This document shows positions 26,614 to 38,200 of a stretch of 64,000 nt of DNA, piece by piece. A model generated the notes under the pieces. That model saw only the letters and a program-made list of their open reading frames with translations, was not told the DNA's origin and did not search any database. This DNA is from Prevotella sp. GTDB taxonomy: Bacteria; Bacteroidota; Bacteroidia; Bacteroidales; Bacteroidaceae. Position 1 is the first letter of the stretch. Each line of letters starts with the position of its first letter. The stretch is from positions 9,536 through 73,535 of the forward strand of contig JAFTAR010000198.1 of the NCBI GenBank assembly GCA_017455495.1, read 5' to 3'. The position numbers were made by a program, and so were the translations under genes.

Positions 26614-28975
26614 CGAACTCCAGGACCTGAGTGGTGTCTGGCTGTGAGAAGACGGGCAGATTGCGGCGTGAACTGAGCGTTCCCTGGCCATCAATGTTCA
26701 CCTGCTCGGGCACTACGAAGTCTACGTCCCAGTCATAGCCGGTTACGAGGTAGTCAATGCCGCCCACTGTGCGCGGCTCGTCCTCCACCTCCTTCAGCAC
26801 CCAGTTGTCGTCCCATTCCAGCATTGCCTTGAAGGTCTTCTGGTTGAATCGCTCCACATATCCCGTGGCCGGGTTCAAGGCGTTGATGTATGGCTCGAAG
26901 GTTATTACACGTGTGCTGCGCTTGCTGTTCTTTATTTTCCACCTCACGGGAATGGTCATGCTGGTGCCGTTGGTGGGCGGCGGCCCCTCAACGGGGAACA
27001 CCTTGCCTGCCACCTGGAATCCCCAGTCGTGGATAGGCATTGTCTCATTGAAGGAAACGACGGTTCGGAAGGTCCAGTCGTAGTGCTCGTAGCCACCGGC
27101 GGCCACAGCCTCCTCGTTGGCAGGCTTCCACTGCCACTGTGCTGTGGCGAAGGCTCCGTGGAAGCGCATGGAGGGCTGCCAGGCCGCCTCGAAGCTGGTG
27201 CGCCTTCGCCAGAGGATGTCTGGCTGGACGTGCTTAGGCTTGGTCATCATGATGACCTCCAGGTCGTACTCCGTGTCGCGCCTGAGCACACCATCGCCGA
27301 AGCCTGTTCAGGTGAAGCTGTCGCTGAAGCTTGTGCCGCTGCCAAATGACGACACCTTCTGCTGCGGGTCGTACTCCAGCAGCGCCTCGTCCTTGCCTTT
27401 CTCGTAGACGATGAAGTAAGGGTAGACATCGCTCTGAAGCGAGCAGTAGAACCCTCGGTTGGTGACGTTGAAAGACATGTCGAACCGTGGCGGGTCGGAG
27501 GCAGCGGGGTTCTGGCAGGTGATGCTCATATTCTCCATGTTGGGGTAGAAGCGGCGGTTCACGCTCAAGCCTGGAATCATCACCTCGGCACCGTCCTTGG
27601 AGCCCAGCGCCTTCGCCAGTGCTTCTACGAAGTCCCAGTCGAAGGTGATGCCCTCGAAGAGGTCGAAATAGAAGCGTCCTGAAGACTTCACTGCTATGCC
27701 GGCCTTGAGCATGTGGTTGTAGGCATCTGCGTCAGTTCCGCCCTCATAGTAGGTCTTCAGCTTGGGGCCTATTAGTCCTGAGTAGGCAATGCCTGCCTGC
27801 GGCCACTTAATGGGGTTGCCCACGAGCAGTTTTATCTCTGAGCCACCCATGAGGCTCACCTCGAATGATGGCGATGTCGTCCAGGGGTCGCTCCAAGCCT
27901 CTTTAGGCTCGAAGTCCTTGATGTCGTCCGAACCTCCCTTGCTCACGTTTACGCCGTCTTCCTTGCCCTCAATGTTGTTGCGGGCGCCAAGGTCAACGTA
28001 CATGCGGCGGTGGTAGGTCTTGGTAAACGTGCCGTTGAGGCTCATGTCAAGTTCCAGGGTGAAACCTCCCGTCAGCCACAGGTCTATGATGGGCACAACA
28101 GGCTCTTTCACCGTCAGTGCGTCCTTGATGCCGAACATGTCGAGGATGTCAATGTTGAGGCCCACCTTTCCGTTGACACAGAACTGCGTCTCGCATTCGG
28201 TGCCCACTCTCACGTCCATGTCTACTATGCGGTCGCTGAGGTCGATGATGGCGTGACCCTCAATGATGGGCCTCCACCTTATGATGATGTCGCCCTGAAT
28301 GTCAACGTAGCCTTTCACGCCGCCTTTCCTGATGGCTCCTGTGTCGAACTTGACGTGGTTTGGCACCACGCCAAAGCCCAGCAGTGCCGACATGGCGTTG
28401 AGCTTGTCAACGAGCGAGAACTCGTGCCACTTGCCGTAGGTGAAGGTCTCTGGAGTACGTGTCAGCGCACGTGCGTCGCTCTCATCCATGTCGTTGATCA
28501 CATCGCCGGCTTCGTCAAAGGTAGTGGAGTCGGTTGCGAAGTTGGCCTCTAAATGCAGGTGCTTGTAGGCGTCGTCGAGCGTGGCCTGCTGCAGCTTCAG
28601 CACATACATCCCGCCTTCGCGGGTAATCTGGGTGACGCGGTGGCGCAGACCATACATCACGTTCTCGTAGATGGTGGACACAATCACACGGCCCTCGCCG
28701 GGCAGCAGGTCATCGGGAGTGTAGTCGTACATGTAGAGCACCTCGTTTTCATAGTCCACAGTGCTGATGTATCGGGCCATCTGCTCGTCAACGACAATCG
28801 TGGTGGGCTGGTACTGGTAGTCCAGGGTGTACTGGTCGGTCTCCACGTGCTCTATCTCCTTGAAGCCCGGGGTGTCCGGCAGGTCGCGCAGGTCGTTGTC
28901 AATGATGGTGCAGGCCGACAGCAGGAGCGCGCATACTGCGCTAAATAATATCCATATTCTTGTGCTCTTCGTCAT
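26594..28975 (-). pseudogene. large lipoprotein interrupted by in-frame TGA at 27308-27310
   Basis: Lipobox LSA-C after MTKSTRIW. ORFs 27308-29035 and 26594-27289 are in frame (DSFT*TGFGDGVLRR). Confidence 0.8.
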
Positions 28976-29055
28976 TGTTGTCTCCTTTTTCGTGTCTATA
29001 TACTCCCTTCCTCTTGGCGGAGAAGCGCCAAGCACGGCGACTGGGGGTGTTTTTT

Positions 29056-29802
29056 TTAGAATTCTAATGGATAGAGGTTCGACAGGGTGCCGTGGGCCTC
29101 GCCGTCGAAGGTGATAGTGTTGGGCAGCTGGTAGAATGTATGGGTGTCGCGGTCGTAGAGTCGCAGTACGAACTGCTCGGCATCACGCTCGCCGTCGTAG
29201 GGATAGAGAGGGTCCTGAGGGTTCAGCCCGCCGTAGGGCGTGTACGGGCTGAAGTGGCTGTATATGCGCAGCACCATGTAGCTGATGTCCTGTTGCTGGC
29301 GCATCTGCCCTACCCCACGCAGCTCCTTGCCGCAGAAGGCCCCGACAAACTGCCGGCCCTCCACCACTGGCTTGCCGCCGAGGGTGGCGTTGGCATAGAG
29401 CACCATGTCGTAGGCATACTCGCCTGCATTCACCTCCCAGGGACGGAACACCACGACGTGGCAGGTGTCATACTGGCGCGTCTCCACCGAGATGGCAGTC
29501 ACCACGGCCTCGCCTTCGGTCAAGGCTACGAGCTGGTTGTCGTCGAAGGTTACCACGTCGTTGTGGTCAGATATCCAGTAGAGGGCTTTGTTGTGCAGGG
29601 TGTCGGGGGTGAAGATGGGTGTCAGGGTAAAGCGGTCGCCCACCATGAGAGCCAGGTCGTGGCGGTCCAGTTCCATTTCTGCCGCCGGCTCCGGTGCCCC
29701 CTCAAACTGGAACAGGTCGCCACAGGAGGAGAGGAGCGCGCCAAACAGGCAGCAGTAGAGCCACAGCCTCAGGCATCTGATGTATCTTGTATTCTTCAGC
29801 AT
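29056..29802 (-). CDS. lipoprotein with Ig-like (Big_2) domain
   Basis: Lipobox LSS-C and L.VGD..TL...P....K.L.W.S....VV pattern. Confidence 0.8.
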   Translation of the reverse strand: MLKNTRYIRCLRLWLYCCLFGALLSSCGDLFQFEGAPEPAAEMELDRHDLALMVGDRFTLTPIFTPDTLHNKALYWISDHNDVVTFDDNQLVALTEGEAVVTAISVETRQYDTCHVVVFRPWEVNAGEYAYDMVLYANATLGGKPVVEGRQFVGAFCGKELRGVGQMRQQQDISYMVLRIYSHFSPYTPYGGLNPQDPLYPYDGERDAEQFVLRLYDRDTHTFYQLPNTITFDGEAHGTLSNLYPLEF

Positions 29803-29812
29803 AGAGATCTCA

Positions 29813-32182
29813 CTATTGTTCGTTGGCCGTAATGGTTACTACGTTTGAAGCACTGCTCTCGCGGCCGTCGCGGGTGAGCAGTTTCACATAGTAGGAGGCC
29901 TGTTCGCCGGGATGCAGGCGTATGTCCTCATACTGCTGCTCGTCTTTCCGGGTGGTGGTGACAAAGCGGAACAGGTCGTCGCCCGGTGCCTGGCGGTAGA
30001 CGGAGAAGTAGTAGTCCTGGTCATCGGCGGCATCCAGTCCGCTCACCTCCCAGGCCAGTCGGCACTCGCTGCCCTCCGTGTCCTTGACATAGGCACCGGT
30101 GAGGGTGATGGTGCAGTGCACGTTGAGTGGCGGGCGTCGCTTCACGCTGTAGGCCAGGCTCAGTCCGCTGCTGATGTCGCTGCTGTTTAACGACTCCACG
30201 GCATAGAGGTAACGGCGGTTGCGGTTGTAGGGCGGAGTGTCGCAGTAGCTGATGATGTCGCCGGCCGCCTTCACCGAGTCGGCATCGAAGCGGGCCAGTA
30301 GGGTCCATTCACGTTCGTTGTCCATGCGGCGCCACAGCAGGTGGTGGTCCATCTGCTCGTCGCGGCCTGCCACCCAGCGCATGTTGATGCCCTGCGGGTC
30401 TACCCAGGCTGAGTCAAGGTGGGCCACAGAGGGAGGCATCAGCGTGGGGCGCTCCACACGAAGCACCTCGCTGTAGTCGCCCTCGTTGGTGGAGTAGTCT
30501 ATCGCGTGAACCTTGTAATAGATGTAGCGCTGGTTCACGTCGAGGGCGAGGCTGTCCACGAAGACGGTGTCGCGCAGCTGGGCCTGGCTGCGGAACTGCC
30601 AGGCGTGGGTGGTGTCGTTGGCAAAGGCCACCTGATAGTAGTCCACATCGTCGGAGGGGGCACTCCACGTCAGCGTGACGCGGCCGTTGGTTTCCACATC
30701 GGCCCGCAGGTTCTGCGGAGCTGGTGGCGGCACCATGTCCTCAATACGTATCTGGACAGGCATGGAGTGGCGTATGTTGCCGCTCTCGTCGTAGGCAGCC
30801 ACTACGAGCATGCCTGTTGACAGGCCCGTTACGTCAACGGTGCAGGTGGTGTCGGCGGGTGAGATGATGTCGTTGCTTGCCAGGATTGAATCCTGGCCTA
30901 ATGGACGAAGGCCATTGCTCATATTGCCTACGGTTCTCAGTGGAAGCCACTGGTCGCTGAGCCGGCGGTTGTAATAGAGGGGCATGAAGCCCTTCAGGTC
31001 GGCCTCAATGGTGTCTTTCTCCCAGAAGATGTGTGCCAGTATGCGCTGGCTGTCGGTGCGGTCAATGTCAATGCGGGTCACGGTGGGCATTGATGGCGGC
31101 GTGCGGTCGCCCATCACGACGGTGATGTAGGGCGACGGTTCGGTGAGGTCGCCAAAGAGGTCGTGGGCACGGACGCGGTAGTCGTAGGTTCCGGGCTCAT
31201 GGACGAAGTCGGCGAAGAGGGCTGTGGTCTGGGCCACGTCCTCCTTGAGGAAGGGCACGAAGGGCAGGCTGTTCACGCGCTGCCAGTCGCCAGAGGCGGC
31301 ACCGGCGGGTAAATCGGTGGGCAAACCGGCAGGCACGGAGCTTCCGGCGGCAAAACCGCCGGAAGCAGTGGCGAGGCGGCGCTCTATCTCGAAGCTGCTG
31401 TAGTTGTGCATCGGCCATTCGAGGTTCACCTGGAAGGGCGAGACAATGCTGTCACTGATGACTACGTTGAAGGCTTCGGGCGTGTAGCGGGTGTTTTCAA
31501 TGTCCTGAATGAAGCCTGGCTGGAAGATGAGTATGGAGTCAGGGTCCCACACTGTGGGCTGCAGGATATACTGATAGTGCTGGCCTTGCCTCACGTTGCG
31601 GTCTACGAAGCGCATGGCGAGGTCGCTGGCCAGGTCGCGGCGCCACTCGCTGACGAGGACGGCCATGCCGAACATCATGTTCTGGTCCTCGCTCATCTCC
31701 ACCAAGGCTCCCATAGTGCCGGGCTGGTTGCGCGTCTGGATGATGCGCTGGCTGTTGTCGCCCCACGTCACCTGGGCCACGATGGCAGCCAGCGAGTCGG
31801 CGGGGTTGGTGTATTTGGCCAGCATCTGCTCCTTTGACAGGGGCTTCAGGGCGTATGCCAGGGTGTCGAAGCCGCCGTCGCTCACGCGCAGCAGGTTGTA
31901 GCCCGTCTGGTTTAGGTATTTCCACGACACGTAGTCCTCGGGGGCCCAGCGCAGCACGATGCTGTCGCCGTAGGCACGGGCCAGAAGGTGGATCTTTGAG
32001 CGGACCAGAGAGGGCGCACCGGGCTGTACGCTGCCGGGAGTCTGGCCGGCAAAACCGGCCAGCGCACTGTCAGCGGGGGCACTGTCAGCGGGGGCACTGT
32101 CAGCGGGGGCCTGGGCTCCTGCTGGTGAGGGAAGCAGGAGGGCAGAGAGTGTGAGCAGGAGCAGTTGTATCGTTCGTTTCAT
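29813..32182 (-). CDS. secreted multi-fibronectin type III protein
   Basis: Signal peptide and repeated FN3 patterns: IVLRW, F.D.......Y.Y.V.A.D, PPPAPQNL, VTLTWS. Confidence 0.85.
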   Translation of the reverse strand: MKRTIQLLLLTLSALLLPSPAGAQAPADSAPADSAPADSALAGFAGQTPGSVQPGAPSLVRSKIHLLARAYGDSIVLRWAPEDYVSWKYLNQTGYNLLRVSDGGFDTLAYALKPLSKEQMLAKYTNPADSLAAIVAQVTWGDNSQRIIQTRNQPGTMGALVEMSEDQNMMFGMAVLVSEWRRDLASDLAMRFVDRNVRQGQHYQYILQPTVWDPDSILIFQPGFIQDIENTRYTPEAFNVVISDSIVSPFQVNLEWPMHNYSSFEIERRLATASGGFAAGSSVPAGLPTDLPAGAASGDWQRVNSLPFVPFLKEDVAQTTALFADFVHEPGTYDYRVRAHDLFGDLTEPSPYITVVMGDRTPPSMPTVTRIDIDRTDSQRILAHIFWEKDTIEADLKGFMPLYYNRRLSDQWLPLRTVGNMSNGLRPLGQDSILASNDIISPADTTCTVDVTGLSTGMLVVAAYDESGNIRHSMPVQIRIEDMVPPPAPQNLRADVETNGRVTLTWSAPSDDVDYYQVAFANDTTHAWQFRSQAQLRDTVFVDSLALDVNQRYIYYKVHAIDYSTNEGDYSEVLRVERPTLMPPSVAHLDSAWVDPQGINMRWVAGRDEQMDHHLLWRRMDNEREWTLLARFDADSVKAAGDIISYCDTPPYNRNRRYLYAVESLNSSDISSGLSLAYSVKRRPPLNVHCTITLTGAYVKDTEGSECRLAWEVSGLDAADDQDYYFSVYRQAPGDDLFRFVTTTRKDEQQYEDIRLHPGEQASYYVKLLTRDGRESSASNVVTITANEQ

Positions 32183-32233
32183 TGATAGTTCTTCATTTAT
32201 ATCCTTTATCGTTTATCTCCGCAGGCGCGCCTT

Positions 32234-35200
32234 TTAGTCCTGGCCGTTCCACTTGTAGTCGCTCTTCCAGGAGTTGAAAGGCACGGAGATGCCGGTGGGG
32301 TTCCACACCTGCATCTCCGTGCTTTGGCCGGGGAAGAGGCTGAGGCAGTCGTATGTCATGGTGTTGATGTCGAAGGCGTTCACTCTGTACACGGTCAGGC
32401 TGAGAGAATTGATTCGTCTCAGGGCATCCTGTGCGCTGTAGGAGCTGAAGTTCGTTCCCTTCACCCACGAGGGTGTCCAGTAGTTGTCGGAGGAGCTCCG
32501 CTGGTACATGTGCAGCCATTTTGTTGACCACTCCTGGTTGGTGCGTTCCGAGTTGCTGAGAGAGGGCACGGAATGGTTCCAGCCCTTTGCGTTGCTGGGT
32601 GAGTACTGTGAGCCAACGAGCAGCGGGAACTGATACATGGGTATTTGCACCGTGACGGGTTCTGACGTTTCTCCGTCGGGCAAGGTGTAAGATAACTCGT
32701 GAACCAGGTATAGGCCACGGTAGGTGTTGTTCCAGTCTTTGAGTGCGCTGCATAGCGGTGAGTCGTTGCTTTGCTTCTTATGGAACCAGTAGTACCAACC
32801 TGAGAATCTGGCCTGCTGCACGGTGTTTGAGTTTTTTTGCCATGTGGCTAAGGGCACTCTGTCAGCAGCATTCCATTGGTACTCTCCCGCCTGCTCTGCC
32901 AGATAGTAGACGGCGGCAATGTCCCAGAGTGTGCGGTAGAACCTGTGCTCCATCTTACGGGCTGCCATGGGCGGAGCCGTCATGTTGCTCTGTCCGCCTA
33001 AGATGAGGCTGTTGCACCAGCTGTCAGAGCCGGTGAAGACCGGCAGCGGGAACTGATGGCCTGCATCGCCGTAGGCGCTGTAGTTGGTGTTGACCGACAA
33101 CTGCCTGACAGCGCTGACGCCACGATAGATGTTGTCGTTCTGCCCTGCCACCAGGTTTCCGCTCCACACGCCGCCCCGGTCGTGATAGATGAGCGACTCG
33201 CTCACGGGCACGGCATCGCCGTTGGCATCCTCTCCCGTCTCGAAGGCGTAGTTCTTGATGGGGTGGCCGCCAATGAAGAAGAAGTTGCCGAGATAGGACA
33301 GATAAACGTAGGGGTCGTAGGTGCGCAGCGGAACATTGCTCTGTTTCCTTACCTCCTGAGCTATGTTTGTGTCGGTCCAGTTGTAGTCATAGTCGGACAA
33401 GCCGTTGCTCACCATGCCAACACTGGTACCCATGAAGGGCTTTGAGTAGTCTGCGAACACACGCCTGCTGCCGCCTATGCCGCTTTGTGTGGTGTAGCCC
33501 TCATACCAATTGCCGTTGACAGATTTCACGGCGACATTCATGAGGTGGGCTATAGTTGTGTAGGTGGTATCGGCAGTAGTAACGATGTTGTATACGGGAA
33601 CCGTTACTTGGATTGGCTTTCTTCTGCCAAGTAGCATTACATTCTTGGTCCTGTAGCCCGTGAGAATGGAATCAGAGGAAGTCTCTATTTCCATCTTGTC
33701 GTAGTCTATGGCTATGCGGAAATGCTTCTTGTTGCTGTCCAAGGCCTGCTGTGCCTTGTCGGCCCAGTTGCTTACCGTGTCCGGCACCATGTTGATGCAG
33801 TTTCCGTTTTGCAGGAAGCTGTTGTCGGCCTCGCAGACGAGCGTCTCATAGCCGGAAACAGTCCCGCTGGGTGTGTAGTATAGCCGCCAGCGCAGCTTTC
33901 CATTCTGGTAGACGCGTCCGCGGATGTCGCTGTTGAGGGCAATGGTAGGATGGACAATGTCGGTAGGGTATGTATCGGTGAAGACATAATTGCCGTTGTT
34001 GCTACTGCTATTCAGGCTGTTGCGCACCGAGGGGTAGGCTATGGCCACGAAGTCCTGCAGCGGCGTGTCGTCGTCGAGGGCCTCGCTCTCACCCGTGCGG
34101 AAGAAGTAGCACTGGGTCTGTGTCCACGGCTCCTGTGTCCAGCGGTCGCCCTGCCAGTTGGCTTCGGGGTGGAAGGTGCGCGGGTCTTGCTCCACGCCCC
34201 TCACTATTTCCTTGGCCGCGCCTGTTACCATGATGACATAGAAGCGGTTCTTGCTCAGCTGTGCACCGGTGAGTTGCAGGCCGTGGGTGGTCTGTGAGAA
34301 GTCTCTCACTGAGAGCGATGTGATGTTTGCAAGGCCCATGCGCTGCCGGAACTGCAGTGAGGGGTAGTCACCGGGGTGCTTCATAACCATTTCATTGAAC
34401 AGGGTAGAGTCAGGCCTGATGGTAAACTCATAGAGGTAGGCATTGCCGGTACGGCGGAACACGAAGGTGCGCTTGGCCTGCATCTCAAGCTGCTCGCGCT
34501 CAATGCCACGGCTCTCGTAGCTTTGCAGCAGTTCGTTGAGCGAGGTCTCGTCGAGCACGCGGAAATTGGCGTCGAGCGGGGCCTGGGTCTCGAAGCGGGC
34601 TTGCGTCAGCAGTCCCGGGTCTATGCGGTCGGCAGCGTCGGCCCAGCCCTCCTTCATCTCAGGCACGCCGAGTGTGCAGTCGCCGAAGAGTTCGAAGTTG
34701 TCGAGCGGGTTGCCGTAGAAGATGCTGCAGCGTGTGCCGCACTCGAAGGAGAAGCGGCGGTTGATGTTCACCATTCCGCCCATGAGCTTCAGCTTCACGC
34801 GGGCGGAGCCGATGAAGTAGTTGGGGTGTGGCAGTCCGCAGCGCAGCACGCCGCCAATGCCGGCGTTGATGATGTCGAAGTCGTCCTTCCAGAATCCGAA
34901 GTTGACGTGTATGCCGAACTTGGCGGCCAAGTATGCGTAGAGCTGTCCCTCGCCATACCAGCCGTTGTAGCCCATGCGTCCGTCGCTGGTTCCGGTGCAG
35001 ACTGGGTAGGCCAGCTTTCTCACGCTGACATCGAAGCCGGCGTCTACTCCCATGCCGCCGTAGAATATGCCCAGGTCTATATCGACGTAGCCGTAGACCT
35101 CTGCTCCCAGCATGAAGCCGCCGCCAGCCTGTGCATCGGCGGCAAACTGCTTCTTCGACGCCTCGCGGGCACGCTGTGCCTTGTAGATGTCGGCACCCTC

Positions 35201-38200
35201 CATGCCGCCCTTCGACTCGCCGTTGAGGAAGGTGGCAATGGTGGTGGGTATGGGCGGCAGCTCGCCGTCGTTGGGCAGCTCGTTGCCTATGCAGAGGTAC
35301 ATGTTGGCACCCACCTTCACGCTGACGGGTCCGGCCTTGAGGTCGATGAGTGTCAGCGAGCAACGCTTCGCGAAGTCGGGCTCGCCTAAGTAGACGTGCC
35401 ACTTGCAATTGTCGTACTTCTTGCCCTTCTCCATGAACGTAATCTTCAGGTCGAGGCTGATGTTAGCACTGATGCCGTTGCCCTTAGCCGAGAAGTCCTC
35501 GGTCTTGTTCTCTGCCTTCTGCGGGTCGCTGGTGCCCTCGCCGGGCTTTACGCCGATGGCATCTTTCAGTCCGGCCTTTACGCCACAGACGGCCTGTTCG
35601 TACTGTGAGTTAAGCTCCGATAGTTTATTGGCCAGACTGGTTGACAGCTTGCCAACCTCGGCATCAAGTGCACCGTCGGCCTTCACATCGGCGGTGACGT
35701 TCAGTTGGAAGTACTTGTCTTCGTCGTTGTGCACCCAGGCGATGGTGGCCTTTGAGTCAACCATGCCGGCGGCTGCCTTCAGCTGTCCGGTGAAGAGCAT
35801 CGACGTGAGGCGGTTGTTGGTGCGGTCGTAGAGCACGGTCATGTCGAATGTGCCTTGCTTCACCAGTTCGCCGTCGCTTGAGGCGAGGTCAAGCTTTGCC
35901 ACGGCGCCAATCATGCCTTCCTGTGGCGTGGCTTTCTGCTCATTGCCATGGCTGTCAACATTGCGCACGCAGTTGAAGTAGAAGCCTGCCCCGATGTTGT
36001 TGATGACGATGGGGTCGAAGCGCAGGGCCTCGCCACCGGCGGCGGCATAGAACCAGCCGTAGGTGTAATTGTGGTTGGTTTCCTGGTGGGTGTAGTAGCC
36101 GCCACTTGCATCAATGTGGAAGAGGTCGCCGGGCATGCTGAACTTCAGCGTGCCGCCGTAGCCCTTCTCGCTGTTGTTGCCCGTGCCGTTCTCAATGTCG
36201 AGCTGGCCGTAGATTTTGATGCCGGCCATGTCAATGTCGACCGTTGCCTGCCTGAACTGCGTGTCCTTGTACTTGAACGAGAGGTTCTTTACGTCGGCCT
36301 CGGCCAGCAGTGCAACGGTGGTGCTCGCGGTGACGAGCGGGTTTTTCTGGTCCTTCATCAGGAAGCCGATGCTGCCCTTCAGCTCCAGCTCAATGTCGTT
36401 GCCGCTCTGGTTGAAGTTATACTTCTCAAGGGCGAACTTGAAGGGACCTAACTGCTTGTCGAAGCTGGCCAACGACCACGAGCCGCAGTCGAAGTAGAAC
36501 TTCTCCTCGCCCTCGCCCAGAATAAAAGTCTTGTTTTCGTAGAGCGAGAGGATTGTGTTTACGGTCTGCTCGTCGGCAGCAATAGAGCCTTCAGCCGTCT
36601 GGCGTATCTGCTGTCCGTGCGTCCACACGTTGGAGCGCGGGCAGTTGGCCAGTCGCATCTGGGTGAAGTGCACGCCGGGAATCCTAAGGTCGAAAGGCAG
36701 GCCAGGCACGTAGTGCTTCACCTGCTGGTCATACTGTGCCAGCGTCTTGTTGGCATCGTCGGCGGCACTGATGGTGATGTCGCCGCCCATGCACAGCTCC
36801 ACGCGGGTGTCATAGCCCTGGTCGTCGCCCTTGTCGATGGCCTCAAGGAGGAAGTAGGTCTGTTTGTTGTCGAGCGTAAGGTCGGCCAGCCAGAAGTCGA
36901 AGTGCAGCTTGCCGTCGAGGTCGTTCTGGCCGTCGTCGGTGGGCTGAATCCTGAGCAGGAAGTCGATGGCTCCCGGGTGCTGCTCGTTCTCCTGCGGCAG
37001 CATGTCGCACTGGAAGGCGATGTAGTCGCCCTCGTCGGTGAGCGGCACGTGCACGTCGCCCTGCATGGTGCCCCCCTTGACGGTGGTTTGCTGTATGTCG
37101 ATGGCGAGCTTCTTCACTCTCAGGGCCCAGCCGCCTGCTGAGCAGTCAACAATCTGGTCCATACCGAAGCTGGCAGTGAGGCCGCTCTTGTCGAAAATCA
37201 TGTCGGTGCCGGCCACAGAGAAGCGGCCCTCGCCGTTCTCCAAGAAGCCCTTGGGCATCTGCATGCTGATCTTGCCTATGTAGAGGCCCTGCCATGCCTT
37301 CTGTCCGAAGACGCTTGGCGGCAGCTGGTAGGCATTGTCGTTTCTGGCCGGGTCAAAGTAGTTGTCGGCAAAGTGTATCTGAGAGGGGTTCCACCGCTGC
37401 GAGTGGTCGTAGATGATGTCCTGTGTGGTGAAAGTCCAGCCTGGCAGGTCGTCGGCCTCGAAGGGGTCCATGGTGACATGGCCCCACCAGTCTTCCCAGT
37501 CGTGTATCTGGGCCTCGATGATGGCCTTGGGCATCTGGCCGTCCTCCTTTACGCCCTTGTCGTTTACCTTTGTGAGGTCGGGTATTTCCATCTCTGCCCT
37601 CAATGAAAGGAACGAGATGGTGTCGGCAGCCCACGACATCATGCAGCCGTCCTGCGGGTTCTCGGTGTCGGTGGGTGCCTTGAAGGTGAAGTTGAAGCCT
37701 GACGACGACTCCTTCAGCGTGACGTCCTCCAAGAGGATGATGTTGCCGCTGCCGGGCAGCAGGCGGTCGGGGTCCATACACATCTTCGGAGCTCCGAACA
37801 TCAGGATGTTGTTCTCCGTGACGTCGTTGTCGGGCAGCGAGAACATTCCCAGCAGGTTCATGTAGGCACGTGTGGGCTGCCACTCCATGGAGATGAGCTG
37901 TATGTCGATGGGCGACTTGTTTACCGATTCTGGAATCTGCAGGGGCAGGAACACCTCCACGTCGGGCATGGTGCCGTCGGCCAATACCTGCATGAAGTTG
38001 TCGTAGACGGCATAGCCCTTCTTCACGTAGTCGTAGTATTTCGAAGCCTTCACCTTCTGCGCCAGGCCGTTCACTTCCTGTCCCAGTTGGTCGGTGTAGC
38101 CAGTGAGGTAGGGCTTCAGCGCGTCGGGCGTGGCATAGCCGACAAGGTTGTCAAGTCCCCAGTCGGTGAAGATGTCGTCGGGAATCCACTCGTCGAAGGT

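Noticed and set aside
32193-32753. Separate 186-aa gene or frameshifted tail of the giant protein
   Set aside because: It is an alternative-frame overlap with non-protein-like composition, and the main frame runs cleanly to its stop.
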